A stretch of 62,386 nt of DNA, the filler included. It is 10 parts of 10 records of this genome, joined end to end, with 100 filler letters (N's around TTAATTAATTAA, not from the genome) between each part and the next. Parts side by side here need not be neighbours in the genome. Positions count along the whole stretch, not along the records: positions 43,426 to 49,033 come from SRR31147125_117025; positions 49,134 to 55,947 come from SRR31147125_117205; 8 more parts are not named here. One strand, written 5' to 3'. A program made the translations under genes and the position numbers. Positions 43,761 to 53,435 of this stretch are shown here, one piece after another; position 1 is the stretch's first letter, and each line of letters begins with the position of its first letter. Under the pieces are notes generated by a model that saw nothing but the letters and a program-made list of their open reading frames with translations, searched no databases and had not been told where the DNA came from.

Positions 43761-46634
43761 ATGACGCTTCGCCGACTCCTGATACTGCTGACCACGATCA
43801 CGCTGCTGGCTGTCGCCCTGATCGGGAGCACCCACTTCCGCGCGCTCTATCTGGCCTCGATCGTCGAAAACGAGGCCACGGCGATGAGCGATGCAGAGCT
43901 GATCAAAGAGTCGCTGAGCAATCATATCGGCCATCTCACCAAGGTAGTGAATATTTTTGCCGGGCTCGATGCGGTTCGGTCCGTTTTCTCCGAGCCGGGC
44001 AGTGCGTCGAGCGCAAATTCGGTTCTGGATACGTTCACGGAGATGTTTGAACTGTCAGTCTGCTACCTGTTGGACACGTCGGGGGTCGTCATCGCGTCTT
44101 CCAATCGCGGATCAGCGGAAAGTTTCGTCGGTAACAACTACACCTTCCGCCCCTACGTCATCAGCGCGATGACCGGCCGCGCCGACATGTATCTCACTGT
44201 CGGCGTTACCTCCGGCGAGCAGGGAATCTATTACTCGGCACCGGTCACCCATCCACGGGACGGCCGCATCATCGGGGTGGCCGTGATGAAAAGCGATACG
44301 GCCCTGATCGAGAACTACCTCAGGGAAGCATCCCTGGAGGTCGCCGGAGTAAGCCTGTTGTGCTCCCCCCAGGGCATTGTCTTCATGAGCAGCCGGAGCG
44401 ACTGGCTCCACCACTCTCTCCATCCACTTGCTCCCGCCCGCACCGAAGCGATCCGCAGCGGCCGTCAGATGGGCGACGGGCCCTGGCCGTGGACCGGTCT
44501 GAACGTGACCGGTACCCGGTCGGCAGCGGATGAAGACGGCTCCCGTTACCTGATGTACCGCAAAAACCTCGCAACCCCGGCAGGCTGGAGCTTCATCCAC
44601 CTGAAAGACCGGGATGTGCTCAAAAGCGTCGTGCTAGATGGGGAACTCCGGAACACAATACTGGTGAGTTGTTTAGTCGTCGGTCTTCTCGTGGTCATCG
44701 TCGTGCTACTGTTTTTCAAGACTGACAGAGAGATAACCGCACGCTCCCGGGCGCAGGAGCAGCTATTAACAAGCGAGGCCCGGTACCGTGAGGTATTCGA
44801 TCACACGATGAACGGCATCATCATCTACGAGGCGGATCAGGACGGTTCGGAGTTCATTATCAAGGAGATCAATGCGGCAACCGAGGAGATCCTGAGCACC
44901 GAGCGGGGAGCCATCATTGGCCGCAATGTGACCGACATATTCCCCGGGGTCCGGGAAAGCGGCCTGATCGACGCATTCAGGCGCGTTCACCGAAGCGGGG
45001 TCGCGGAGCGATATCCGGTATCGTTTCGCAAAGACGGGAAAACTGAACGCTGGATGGAAAATTTTGTATTCAACCTTCCCACCGGTGAACTCGCCGCTTT
45101 TTTCGTTGACCTGACTGAACATAAAAACATCGAAGAATCGCTCCGGCAGAGCGAACAGCGGTTCAAGTCGGTTTTCGAAGAGATAGCCGATGCAATCGTC
45201 GTCGTCGACAGCGCCGGAAAAATCCTTTTTGTCAACAGTATGGCCGCCTCCTTTTTCAACAAAGACCGTGAAGAACTGCTCGGAACCACGTTCGAGATAC
45301 CGCTGGAGGAGCAGGACCATGTCCCGGTCCCCCACGACGGGCCTGACGGCAACGGTATTGTTGCGGAAATGAAGCTGGTCGAGACGGAGTGGGAAGGTCA
45401 ACGCGTGTTTCTCGCATCACTCAGAGATATCACCGAACGTATACGGGCGGAGAAAGACCGGCTGAACCTGGAAGAGCGGCTCAGTCAGATCCAGAAGATG
45501 GAAGCCATCGGCACGCTGGCAGGTGGTATCGCCCACGACTTCAACAACATCCTGTCATCGGTGCTCGGTTTCACCGAACTGGCTATGGATGAAGCACAAC
45601 CCGGGAGCAACCTCGAAAGCAACCTCAACGAAGTAATGGATGCCGGCAAGCGGGCAAAAGGGCTGGTCAGTCAGATCGTCATGTTCAGCAGGCAGAGCGA
45701 TCACGAAAACCAGCCATTCCAGTTGCAGCCGCTTATCAAGGAGACGGTGAAACTGCTTAAATCATCGCTCCCACCGGCCATCGAGATCACCCATGATATC
45801 CGAAGCGATGCGGTTATACTGGCAGATCCGGTAAACATGCACCAGCTTCTCCTCAACCTCTGTACCAACGCCAGTCAGGCGATGTCGGAATCCGGCGGAC
45901 AGCTTACTATCACCACCTCCAATCTCATCGTCTCCGATGACCTCTCTCCTCTTCCCCAAAAGCTGTCCGCCGGTCTTTATCTCCAGCTCACGGTGAGCGA
46001 CACCGGCCCCGGGATCGACGATGCCATCCTCGATCGCATTTTCGACCCATTTTTTACCACCAAGGGAACCGGAGAAGGAACCGGTATGGGGCTGTCGGTC
46101 GTACACGGAATCGTCGAGGCCCACCGGGGCTGTATCAGCGTCGACACCCAAAAAGGTTCGGGGACATCGTTCCATATCTGCTTTCCGGTAGTGCAGACCG
46201 ATGTGAAAGAACCCATCCACAACGAGCCCACAGGAGCCGGTATGCCCGAGACAATTCTCTTTGTCGACGATGAAGCGTCGATCGGCAAAATGGTAAAACA
46301 GTCGCTGGGGAAAAGCGGATACACGGTGGTGCCACTCACCAGCAGCACAGAGGCTCTGTCGATATTCAAAAAGGAGCCGACACGGTTCGACCTGGTGATC
46401 ACCGATATGACGATGCCTGTTATGAACGGCCTCGAGCTTGCGGAGGAATTGAAGCATATCAAAATTGATATACCCATTATATTGTGCACCGGTTACAATC
46501 CGGAAACGGAGGAAATCAAGAAAGCCGCTCCGTTGCTGGATGCGGTGGTGGACAAACCACTGGTCAAAAATCAGCTGCTGGAAACCATCCGGGAGGTCAG
46601 CGCCCGGTGCCGACAGGTCGAAATCTGGAATTAA
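43761..46634 (+). CDS. Hybrid sensor histidine kinase (Cache-PAS-PAS-HisKA-HATPase-REC)
   Basis: FRPY Cache motif, GIAHDFNNIL, NLCTNA, DTGPG, FFTTK..GEGTGMGL, C-terminal REC. Confidence 0.95.
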   Translation: MTLRRLLILLTTITLLAVALIGSTHFRALYLASIVENEATAMSDAELIKESLSNHIGHLTKVVNIFAGLDAVRSVFSEPGSASSANSVLDTFTEMFELSVCYLLDTSGVVIASSNRGSAESFVGNNYTFRPYVISAMTGRADMYLTVGVTSGEQGIYYSAPVTHPRDGRIIGVAVMKSDTALIENYLREASLEVAGVSLLCSPQGIVFMSSRSDWLHHSLHPLAPARTEAIRSGRQMGDGPWPWTGLNVTGTRSAADEDGSRYLMYRKNLATPAGWSFIHLKDRDVLKSVVLDGELRNTILVSCLVVGLLVVIVVLLFFKTDREITARSRAQEQLLTSEARYREVFDHTMNGIIIYEADQDGSEFIIKEINAATEEILSTERGAIIGRNVTDIFPGVRESGLIDAFRRVHRSGVAERYPVSFRKDGKTERWMENFVFNLPTGELAAFFVDLTEHKNIEESLRQSEQRFKSVFEEIADAIVVVDSAGKILFVNSMAASFFNKDREELLGTTFEIPLEEQDHVPVPHDGPDGNGIVAEMKLVETEWEGQRVFLASLRDITERIRAEKDRLNLEERLSQIQKMEAIGTLAGGIAHDFNNILSSVLGFTELAMDEAQPGSNLESNLNEVMDAGKRAKGLVSQIVMFSRQSDHENQPFQLQPLIKETVKLLKSSLPPAIEITHDIRSDAVILADPVNMHQLLLNLCTNASQAMSESGGQLTITTSNLIVSDDLSPLPQKLSAGLYLQLTVSDTGPGIDDAILDRIFDPFFTTKGTGEGTGMGLSVVHGIVEAHRGCISVDTQKGSGTSFHICFPVVQTDVKEPIHNEPTGAGMPETILFVDDEASIGKMVKQSLGKSGYTVVPLTSSTEALSIFKKEPTRFDLVITDMTMPVMNGLELAEELKHIKIDIPIILCTGYNPETEEIKKAAPLLDAVVDKPLVKNQLLETIREVSARCRQVEIWN

Positions 46635-46718
46635 CAAAAGGATCTGCCCGGTATAGAATTTACGAGGACCGGGCAGCGGCAACACGCGTACAAGTTCGCA
46701 AAAAATAAGGATGCAGCG

Positions 46719-47756
46719 ATGAACAGAATACTGATCGTGGACGACGAGGCTCCCATTCGGAGCCTGTTGAGTCAGACCCTGGCAGCGGTCGGCTACGAAT
46801 GCAGAACAGCGGCTGATGCGGCTGAGGCACGGAAAGTACTCGCCGCAGAGGAAGTCGATCTGCTGCTCAGCGATATCAACATGCCTGGAGAATCCGGGCT
46901 CAACCTGGTCAGACATGCCCTAAGCGAATCTCCGGAACTTGCCGTCATCATGGTTACCGCAATTGACGATCATATTGTCGCGAATTCCATGCTTGAAGCC
47001 GGCGTGTTCGACTATATCGCCAAACCGATCGACCGCAACCGGGTCCTGATCAGCGTTGCTAATGCCTGCAGGAGAAGAAGCCTGGAGATGTCCAATCGTC
47101 AGTACCGGGAATCACTGGAACAGAAAGTAGCCGAGCAGACCGAATCCTTGCAGCAAACGCTGACACAGCTGCAGAACGCGTTTGACGGAATCACCCAGGC
47201 CATCGTTCATATCGTTGAGAACAGGGATCCCTATACCGCAGGTCATCAGAAACGGGTTTCCCGTCTGGCCGGAGCTATCGCCAGGGAGATGGACTGTTCC
47301 GAGCAAACAATTGATGCAGTAATTAACGCGGGAAACATCCACGATCTTGGAAAGATTTCGGTTCCTTCCGAAGTGTTGTCAAAACCCGGACGACTGACCT
47401 CAATTGAATTCGAGATGATCAAGACCCACTCGGCGGTGGGACATGAAATTCTCAAGGATATTGATTTCCCCTGGCCCATAGCCGGCATCATCCACCAGCA
47501 CCACGAAAAAATCGACGGTTCGGGCTATCCGCAGGGAATCTCCGGCGACGATATCCTGATCGAGGCGCGGATACTGACGGTCGCGGACGTACTCGAGGCG
47601 ATGGCATCCCACCGTCCGTATCGTCCTGCTCTGGGCACCGACGTCGCGATCGACGAACTCATGAAGAATCGGGGCTCCCTCTACGAACCGACCGCGGTAG
47701 ATGCCTGCGTCTCGCTGATACAGGATAAGGCATACGACCTGGACGACCTCGGCTGA
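46719..47756 (+). CDS. Response regulator with HD-GYP phosphodiesterase domain
   Basis: REC; RDPYTAGHQ.RV, HDLGK, HHEK.DGSGYP, HRPYR. Confidence 0.95.
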   Translation: MNRILIVDDEAPIRSLLSQTLAAVGYECRTAADAAEARKVLAAEEVDLLLSDINMPGESGLNLVRHALSESPELAVIMVTAIDDHIVANSMLEAGVFDYIAKPIDRNRVLISVANACRRRSLEMSNRQYRESLEQKVAEQTESLQQTLTQLQNAFDGITQAIVHIVENRDPYTAGHQKRVSRLAGAIAREMDCSEQTIDAVINAGNIHDLGKISVPSEVLSKPGRLTSIEFEMIKTHSAVGHEILKDIDFPWPIAGIIHQHHEKIDGSGYPQGISGDDILIEARILTVADVLEAMASHRPYRPALGTDVAIDELMKNRGSLYEPTAVDACVSLIQDKAYDLDDLG

Positions 47757-47809
47757 TACGATACCTGGCACCGCGGGCCTGCCGAAACACCAGAAACGTT
47801 ACAGGTGAC

Positions 47810-48097
47810 ATGGATTTCTCTTCTGAAGCGGACAGACATGCCAGCGTGGCTGCCTATATTTCTGCGAGCGCACCGGTTCTTCTTCTCGCGCTCACCGACG
47901 ACGGTACAATCGTGTACGCGAATCGTCATGCCAGAAGCACCTTCGCGACGGATCTCGGGGGATACTCCATAGACGATATCGTTATCGATTTCAGTGGAAG
48001 CTTTGATCTGAAGACCCTGGTTACCGCCGGTGAAGAACAGTTGTTGAGCCTGGGCAACGGCTCCCAACTCCCCCGGAGCTTCCTCTGCAGGTGGTGA
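47810..48097 (+). pseudogene. Truncated PAS-like ORF
   Basis: DGTIVYANRHA; ends abruptly at a junction with an opposite-strand fragment. Confidence 0.45.
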
Positions 48098-48270
48098 TCA
48101 GGTTGTCACCATAGAAATCGACTCCGTACGATCGCGGAGTGATGATTGTATACTCGACCCCTCGTTTTTCAAGCTCATACGGCTGGGAAGAGGCATATGT
48201 AAAAATCGCATCCACCTTCCCATAAATAAGATCATCAATTTTCCAACTGGGTATCGACTCCTGATTTTTT
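48090..48270 (-). pseudogene. Fragment of an NMT1/THI5-like substrate-binding domain
   Basis: DLIYGKVDAIFTY.SSQPY.L...GV....I.PRSYGVDFYGDNLIT. Confidence 0.6.
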
Positions 48271-48371
48271 CAAGGTGAGGAACAGTGTAGAGAAATCGGT
48301 TGTGATCTGATAACTGATCACCTCATGTGAAGATCGCTGACCTGCTTCGTTTCCAAATTCCTGCAGTCGTT

Positions 48372-48992
48372 TCAGCCAGAATCCTTAGAGCGCACGCTTT
48401 TCGACTGGAGAACATCTGTCACGGCTTTTCGCAACGCCGCCGGACTCAGCGGTTTCGGCATGAACCAGTCGGCCCCGGCTTCAATAATTTTTCGCCGATT
48501 CTCTTCCGTATCGAAGCCGGAAATGGCCATGATTTTCGTTTTGTTCGTTTCGGGATTCTCTTTCATTCGCCGACAGACTTCAAAACCGTCCATTCTCGGC
48601 ATGAATATATCCACGATAAGAATATTTGGTTTAAACCTGATAGTCTTCTGGCCGGCCTCGAAACCGTCTTCGGCCTCTTCGAGTTTGTGGCCGGATTTTT
48701 CCAGTGTTTTGATGATGAATTTCCTGATTACCGGATCATCATCGACAACCAGAATTTTTGCTTTCGCCGGAGGAGCGGCTGCTGCTTCCTCCAGTTCCAG
48801 CCCCTTCCTGTAGATAAACTCGTCCAAATCCTTCCGGGAAACCCGGTAGTGACCTCCGGGCGTTCGACTCGCCGGAAGTTCTCCCGCCTTGACATACGAC
48901 CAGAGCGTCCAGCGTGTAACCGCACAAATTTGAGCCGCCTTACCCAAACTTAACATATCCATAAGCACTGTCCGTTTGAAGTAATCTTGCAT
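48372..48992 (-). CDS. Response regulator with N-terminal excisionase-type HTH
   Basis: AAQICAV...TL......G.LPA.RTPGGHYR followed by REC (ILVVDD, DIFMP, KP). Confidence 0.9.
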   Translation of the reverse strand: MQDYFKRTVLMDMLSLGKAAQICAVTRWTLWSYVKAGELPASRTPGGHYRVSRKDLDEFIYRKGLELEEAAAAPPAKAKILVVDDDPVIRKFIIKTLEKSGHKLEEAEDGFEAGQKTIRFKPNILIVDIFMPRMDGFEVCRRMKENPETNKTKIMAISGFDTEENRRKIIEAGADWFMPKPLSPAALRKAVTDVLQSKSVRSKDSG

Positions 48993-49166
48993 AATCTCGA
49001 AGAACGTCGCAAACGTTAGAATCGTTTGCCTTTNNNNNNNNNNNNNNNNNNNNNNNNNNNNNNNNNNNNNNNNNNNNTTAATTAATTAANNNNNNNNNNN
49101 NNNNNNNNNNNNNNNNNNNNNNNNNNNNNNNNNTAAAAACATCTCAAGCCTGTTTTCGGCGCCTAG

Positions 49167-50090
49167 TCAGAGTTCAATCTCCCGCTCACCGAGTTTCGGC
49201 TTTTTGGCTTTAATCACTTTTATGACATGCTGAAAGGCGGGACTTTTCTTGTCCCCATCGTCCACAAAGTAGCTGTGCCCCTTCAGGTCAAATTTATTGT
49301 TGAATGAATCACAGTTGACCGCATACACGTTATTGGCGACCTTTGCCATGTCCTCCGGCCCCGTATGCCCGATACGGCGGCTGAACACGGCGTTTTTCAC
49401 GTTCGCCACCTTGCTGGCCGGCATCGCGAAATCATCGTTCGCATAGTAGCAGACTACCCGTTGGGCCGCTTTGGTGATATAAATCCCTTCCGCGGATTTT
49501 TCCAGGGCTTCGTTGGGGATGTCGGACGCCATCAGGAATATGTTTTTGAACAGATAGGGAACACCGCCGCCGCCGTACCTGCAAGCCCAGTAAGAAAGGC
49601 CTTTCATCAGCACTCTTGCGCCCATGGAGTGGGCCATAAGGTGCATTCTTTTCTTGCATGGTTCCTTTTGCTTTTCCTGCCAGGCCGTCAATTTTGAAAT
49701 GGCGCGGCTGAAAAAGATCCCGGAAAACTCCGCGGACTCCTGGTCATCCCAGTAGTCCTGAATCACACCAAAGTCGTCGTCGCACGGCCAGATAATGGGA
49801 ATCACCGTGACACGGCCAAGCCCGCCGTCTTTAAGCTGGTTCTGCATGGCGTCGGCTCTGGGAAAGATATGCTCATGGGGTTGATTGTTGAACCCATGAA
49901 TATAAAATAGGATTTCTTTGTCAGCGGAAGCCATCAGGTGCTGCATGAAAGCCTGGCTGCCGACTTCCTCGAACATCTGGCCATCCAACCGGCGGCAATA
50001 TCTCAGGCTTTGCGACAGCTCGTTGGAATCCTTGAATTGTAATTTGTTGTTCGCTTTCTCAATGACGGTTTTGTTCGTAATGAAATACAT
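49167..50090 (-). CDS. Alpha/beta hydrolase (DUF900-like)
   Basis: FYIHGFN, AHSMG nucleophile elbow, GHSY. Confidence 0.85.
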   Translation of the reverse strand: MYFITNKTVIEKANNKLQFKDSNELSQSLRYCRRLDGQMFEEVGSQAFMQHLMASADKEILFYIHGFNNQPHEHIFPRADAMQNQLKDGGLGRVTVIPIIWPCDDDFGVIQDYWDDQESAEFSGIFFSRAISKLTAWQEKQKEPCKKRMHLMAHSMGARVLMKGLSYWACRYGGGGVPYLFKNIFLMASDIPNEALEKSAEGIYITKAAQRVVCYYANDDFAMPASKVANVKNAVFSRRIGHTGPEDMAKVANNVYAVNCDSFNNKFDLKGHSYFVDDGDKKSPAFQHVIKVIKAKKPKLGEREIEL

Positions 50091-50440
50091 TTTAACCTCC
50101 CTGTTAATTACGCTTTGCTAAATACATATCCTAAAACAGGTTTTTGTCAATTTGCATTTTACGAGGAGCCTGCCTGACTTAGGAATGAATCTGAGGTCAT
50201 TAGTGACGCAGACGGAAATTTTATGGGCTGAGATGATGTTTGGGAACAAAGTAGGGGTTTCCTTCAGGAAAGGGGCTTCGGGGCGATTAACAAACACAGA
50301 AATGGAAAAAGTAGAAATTCCTTTCACTGATAGTGGAAAAGTTTTAGTTTTGCTAATCTTTTTTCTGGATTCCTGGTCGCAGTTCTGGCAGACTGAAAAT
50401 CTTCCAAATTTATGCTGAAATGATTTTGAAGGGATTTGCA

Positions 50441-50716
50441 ATGACAAGACTTGAAATTATCACTCAATTCCTCTCCAAAATGGTTGAACAGCCAGAAATC
50501 GAGCTTCTTAACTGGGCTCAAGAGAACATCGATCCGGGGGTCATGCTGAAACTCAAGGAGGAGGTCACCAGCGAGGAAATCTCCGCCCTGGTCGCCGAGC
50601 TTGAAAAAGGCCCCGAGGCTTTCCTTAGCATGCTCCTGAGGCAGATCTCCTGGGAAAACGCTCCGCTGAAATCGACCCGTATCAATTCCGCGTCGGTCGA
50701 GGCCGCAATTCTCTGA
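50441..50716 (+). CDS. Hypothetical protein
   Basis: Coherent ORF of about 91 aa (MTRLEII...). Confidence 0.5.
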   Translation: MTRLEIITQFLSKMVEQPEIELLNWAQENIDPGVMLKLKEEVTSEEISALVAELEKGPEAFLSMLLRQISWENAPLKSTRINSASVEAAIL

Positions 50717-51084
50717 GAACTTCTCCCGCGCACGTCATGTGCTTCATTCCTCCCGCCAACAATGTTGAGTTTGGGATACTGTATCCTTGCGTTACGTTCC
50801 TTTTGGGCTCGTCCTGACTTTATCCAATCCGCCTGCGTCTTTCGCCAGCGTCGGAAAACGGCAAATCAAAAAGAAAATTTCTGATCGTTTCTCTCGTGGT
50901 CCATTCTCTTGAAATGGCCCTCCAAGTCTGATAGTCTCCACACAAATATGGTCTTGGGTTTTTTAACAGCGGAATTACAAAATTTATCACCACCGGTACA
51001 CCCGGATGGAACTGCATTGAAAGGCGTGATTATAGTGGTGCCGCACAGGGACAGGATGGGTGAAACAAGAGAAAGGAAAGAGGC

Positions 51085-51291
51085 ATGAGGGGTCCTAAAT
51101 TTTACGCAGTAATCGAAGATAGAATGGACGGGTTCGGGTTTGGTGAATATCTGCATCGCCACAAGGCTTTGACATATCAAGATGCGAAAAAATATCTGGA
51201 TGAGCATCCGAATTGCCACCACGTTGACTGGTTTGATGGCGAAGAGTGGCACTGTCAGGTTACAGAGGAAATGGAAGTCAAAGAAAAATAA
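51085..51291 (+). CDS. Small hypothetical protein
   Basis: 68 aa with a purine-rich RBS. Confidence 0.5.
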   Translation: MRGPKFYAVIEDRMDGFGFGEYLHRHKALTYQDAKKYLDEHPNCHHVDWFDGEEWHCQVTEEMEVKEK

Positions 51292-51558
51292 ATAATTAAT
51301 GTAAGACCTTTGGAAGCACTATCTAACCAATTGAAAAGGCTTAAAAAAATAATTACGCGGAATTTACCGCGACTTCCAGGAACATAAAAAGGGTCGGTCT
51401 TAAAAGGACCGGCTTTTTTTGGGGGATGAGATGGGGTTTTCAGGGGGAAGGAATTGGAAAAACCCTTGGTTTGATTTTCATTTCGGTCAGCGGGAGTCAA
51501 AAATTCTTTTTTTATCGGATGTTTGACAGTAGCAATAAGTGTTGGTATTATTGCCAAC

Positions 51559-51840
51559 ATGGATGCCGAGCTGATGCTCAAAGAACATCTGGTTGTGGGC
51601 GAAGATGCTTTCGTTGAATTGGTTGTTTGGCGGCTATTCTCGTCTGTTGTGGGTAGCAAACACTTTTTCAAGTATCGGCTTGTACTGGTGGTGAAGGGGA
51701 ACTGTGTTCTGCGCTATGACAATGAGCAGGGCAAGGGCGACCACAAGCATTGTGGTACAGAAGAGATCCCCTACAATTTCACCACGCCCGAAAAGCTTAT
51801 CGACGATTTTTGGGGAGACGTTGAAGACTGGAGGTATTGA
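51559..51840 (+). CDS. DUF6516/TumE-like putative toxin
   Basis: H.FKYRL.......VLRYDNE.GKGDHKH...E.PY.F.....LI.DF..DV. Confidence 0.8.
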   Translation: MDAELMLKEHLVVGEDAFVELVVWRLFSSVVGSKHFFKYRLVLVVKGNCVLRYDNEQGKGDHKHCGTEEIPYNFTTPEKLIDDFWGDVEDWRY

Positions 51841-51841
51841 C

Positions 51842-52183
51842 ATGCGTACCGTAACATTGGTGGTATCTTCTCGTGAAAAAAGCAAGCAGAGGTTTGCAAA
51901 AGCCTTTGCAGGAAAGGCTCAAGGAAATTTCATCAGTTTTGAGTCTCCCGCGCTTCTGTTCAAGGTCCTTTCAGGGAAGCGCTGGGAACTGCTGAAGATT
52001 ATGACCGGAGCAGGTCCAATTGCTATTCGAGAGGCGGCCCGGCGGAGCGGAAGGGATGTCAAATCGGTGCATATGGACGTACACGCTTTGCTGAATGCAG
52101 GCATCCTGGAAAAGACAGAAAAAGGGCTCATTGAGTTTCCGTACGATGCCGTTCATGTCGATTTCACACTGAAGGCCGCCTGA
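51842..52183 (+). CDS. HTH antitoxin-like partner (HVO_A0114/TumA-like)
   Basis: ISFES..LL.KVL..KRWELL, IRE.ARR.GRDVK.VH.DV..L; coupled to the upstream gene. Confidence 0.75.
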   Translation: MRTVTLVVSSREKSKQRFAKAFAGKAQGNFISFESPALLFKVLSGKRWELLKIMTGAGPIAIREAARRSGRDVKSVHMDVHALLNAGILEKTEKGLIEFPYDAVHVDFTLKAA

Positions 52184-52220
52184 TTCGTAATAAGTAGATT
52201 GGAGCAGTGTCAAGTGCTTA

Positions 52221-52251
52221 GCCGGTCCCGATAGGGGCCGGTTTTTGTTTT
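52221..52251 (+). terminator. Rho-independent terminator
   Basis: gccggtccc-gata-ggggccggt followed by a T-tract. Confidence 0.75.
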
Positions 52252-52263
52252 GGGATGGGGCAG

Positions 52264-52375
52264 GTTTGAGAGGGGGAAGGGAGGTGCTAAAATTCAAAAT
52301 CATTATTCACCGGTTCTCGCACCGGCAGGCGAGGACCTTTTGTTTCGGCAGCGCATGAGTCGCATGGAAAACATC
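52264..52375. repeat. Direct repeat, copy 1 (~110 bp)
   Basis: gtttgag.gggggaaggg...caaaatcatta...cggttctcgcaccggcaggcgagg.ccttttgttt.ggcagcgcatgagtcgcatggaaa. Confidence 0.9.
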
Positions 52376-52384
52376 TTTTATCAG

Positions 52385-52684
52385 CTAGGGAAGCTTCAGC
52401 AGACGCTCGCTGCGCCAGATTCGCACCACCCGCACCTGGTCGCTGTCCCTGCGGTAGACAATACGAAAGGGCGGATGAATAAGTTCGCGCAGATGTGGCT
52501 GGCCGAACTCCGGGACGATGCGTCCCCGGTCAGGCAGGCGGCCGAGTTTCTCTATGGCAGTGAGAAGGTCGGCAACCAGTTTCATGCCAACCTCGGGGAC
52601 GTTATTTTCGCGGTAATGGTCGCGGATCGCCTCCAGATCACAGAGCGCCGATTCAGCCAGGGAGATGGAATAACGTCTGGTCAT
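52385..52684 (-). CDS. RelE/ParE-family toxin
   Basis: A..DLEAI..., P..GRIVPEF....LRELI..PFRIVYR. Confidence 0.9.
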   Translation of the reverse strand: MTRRYSISLAESALCDLEAIRDHYRENNVPEVGMKLVADLLTAIEKLGRLPDRGRIVPEFGQPHLRELIHPPFRIVYRRDSDQVRVVRIWRSERLLKLP

Positions 52685-52687
52685 GAG

Positions 52688-52957
52688 TTATTTCAGCCCG
52701 AGGCGTTCTTTGGCAGCGGCAAAACTGAGCTCACGTCCCCCTTCGAGATCGCTCAGGCCGGCAACCACTGCCCGCATGAAAGAAACTTCCTCCTCGGTTT
52801 TTTCGAAATCTTCCAGAGCTTGAATCACAGCCACCCCACGGCCGCGGCTGGTTAGAAGCGCCGGGCGGTGCACTTCGGTGACTTGCCTGACGATTTTCCC
52901 CGGGTTGATTTTCATCTCGGTCAAGGGGATGACGTCTTCAGAAAATTTTGTCCTCAT
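52688..52957 (-). CDS. Phd/YefM-family antitoxin
   Basis: EDVIPLTE.K.NPG.IV.......RP.LLTSRGRGVAV; ggagg RBS. Confidence 0.9.
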   Translation of the reverse strand: MRTKFSEDVIPLTEMKINPGKIVRQVTEVHRPALLTSRGRGVAVIQALEDFEKTEEEVSFMRAVVAGLSDLEGGRELSFAAAKERLGLK

Positions 52958-52995
52958 TTGTGCCTCCTTGTTAACCAAGTGTCCCGTCCGGTTGG

Positions 52996-53006
52996 TCCTG
53001 TCAGGA
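52996..53006. promoter_or_regulatory. Palindromic operator candidate for the Phd/RelE operon
   Basis: tcctg-t-cagga about 40 nt upstream of the antitoxin start. Confidence 0.4.
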
Positions 53007-53138
53007 AATTTTGAGAAGTTATTGGTGCTGGCAAGGCGTCCTCAATGTAGGCCCAGCAGAGCGATTGGCGCAACGCAGGCAGCGCAAAAAAGAGCCGGAA
53101 TTTGAAGGCAAGATTAGCTGGATGTGACATTAAAATAA

Positions 53139-53178
53139 CACCATTTAAAAGACCTGTCAAATGGTCTTTTAAATGGTG
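53139..53178. repeat. Perfect 16-bp inverted repeat
   Basis: caccatttaaaagacc-N8-ggtcttttaaatggtg. Confidence 0.85.
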
Positions 53179-53214
53179 CTCTTAATTGGCTGAAGGGTTA
53201 GTTTGGATTTTGAA

Positions 53215-53326
53215 GTTTGAGTGGGGGAAGGGGTGGAGCTGAACCCCAAAATCATTAATTAGCGGTTCTCGCACCGGCAGGCGAGGCCCTTTTGTTTTGG
53301 CAGCGCATGAGTCGCATGGAAACATT
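53215..53326. repeat. Direct repeat, copy 2 (~110 bp)
   Basis: Near-identical to copy 1 over the ~60-bp core. Confidence 0.9.
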
Positions 53327-53435
53327 TTGATGCAAAAGGGGTTGTTCAGCTCAGGCTGGATTTTTTGTTTCTTTGCGAGGGGAAAAATACAGGGATTTTT
53401 GTATGGTATATTAAGTAAATGACACAGGGGGAACC

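Noticed and set aside
52264-53326. CRISPR array
   Set aside because: Only two long copies ~950 bp apart with genes between them; no cas genes
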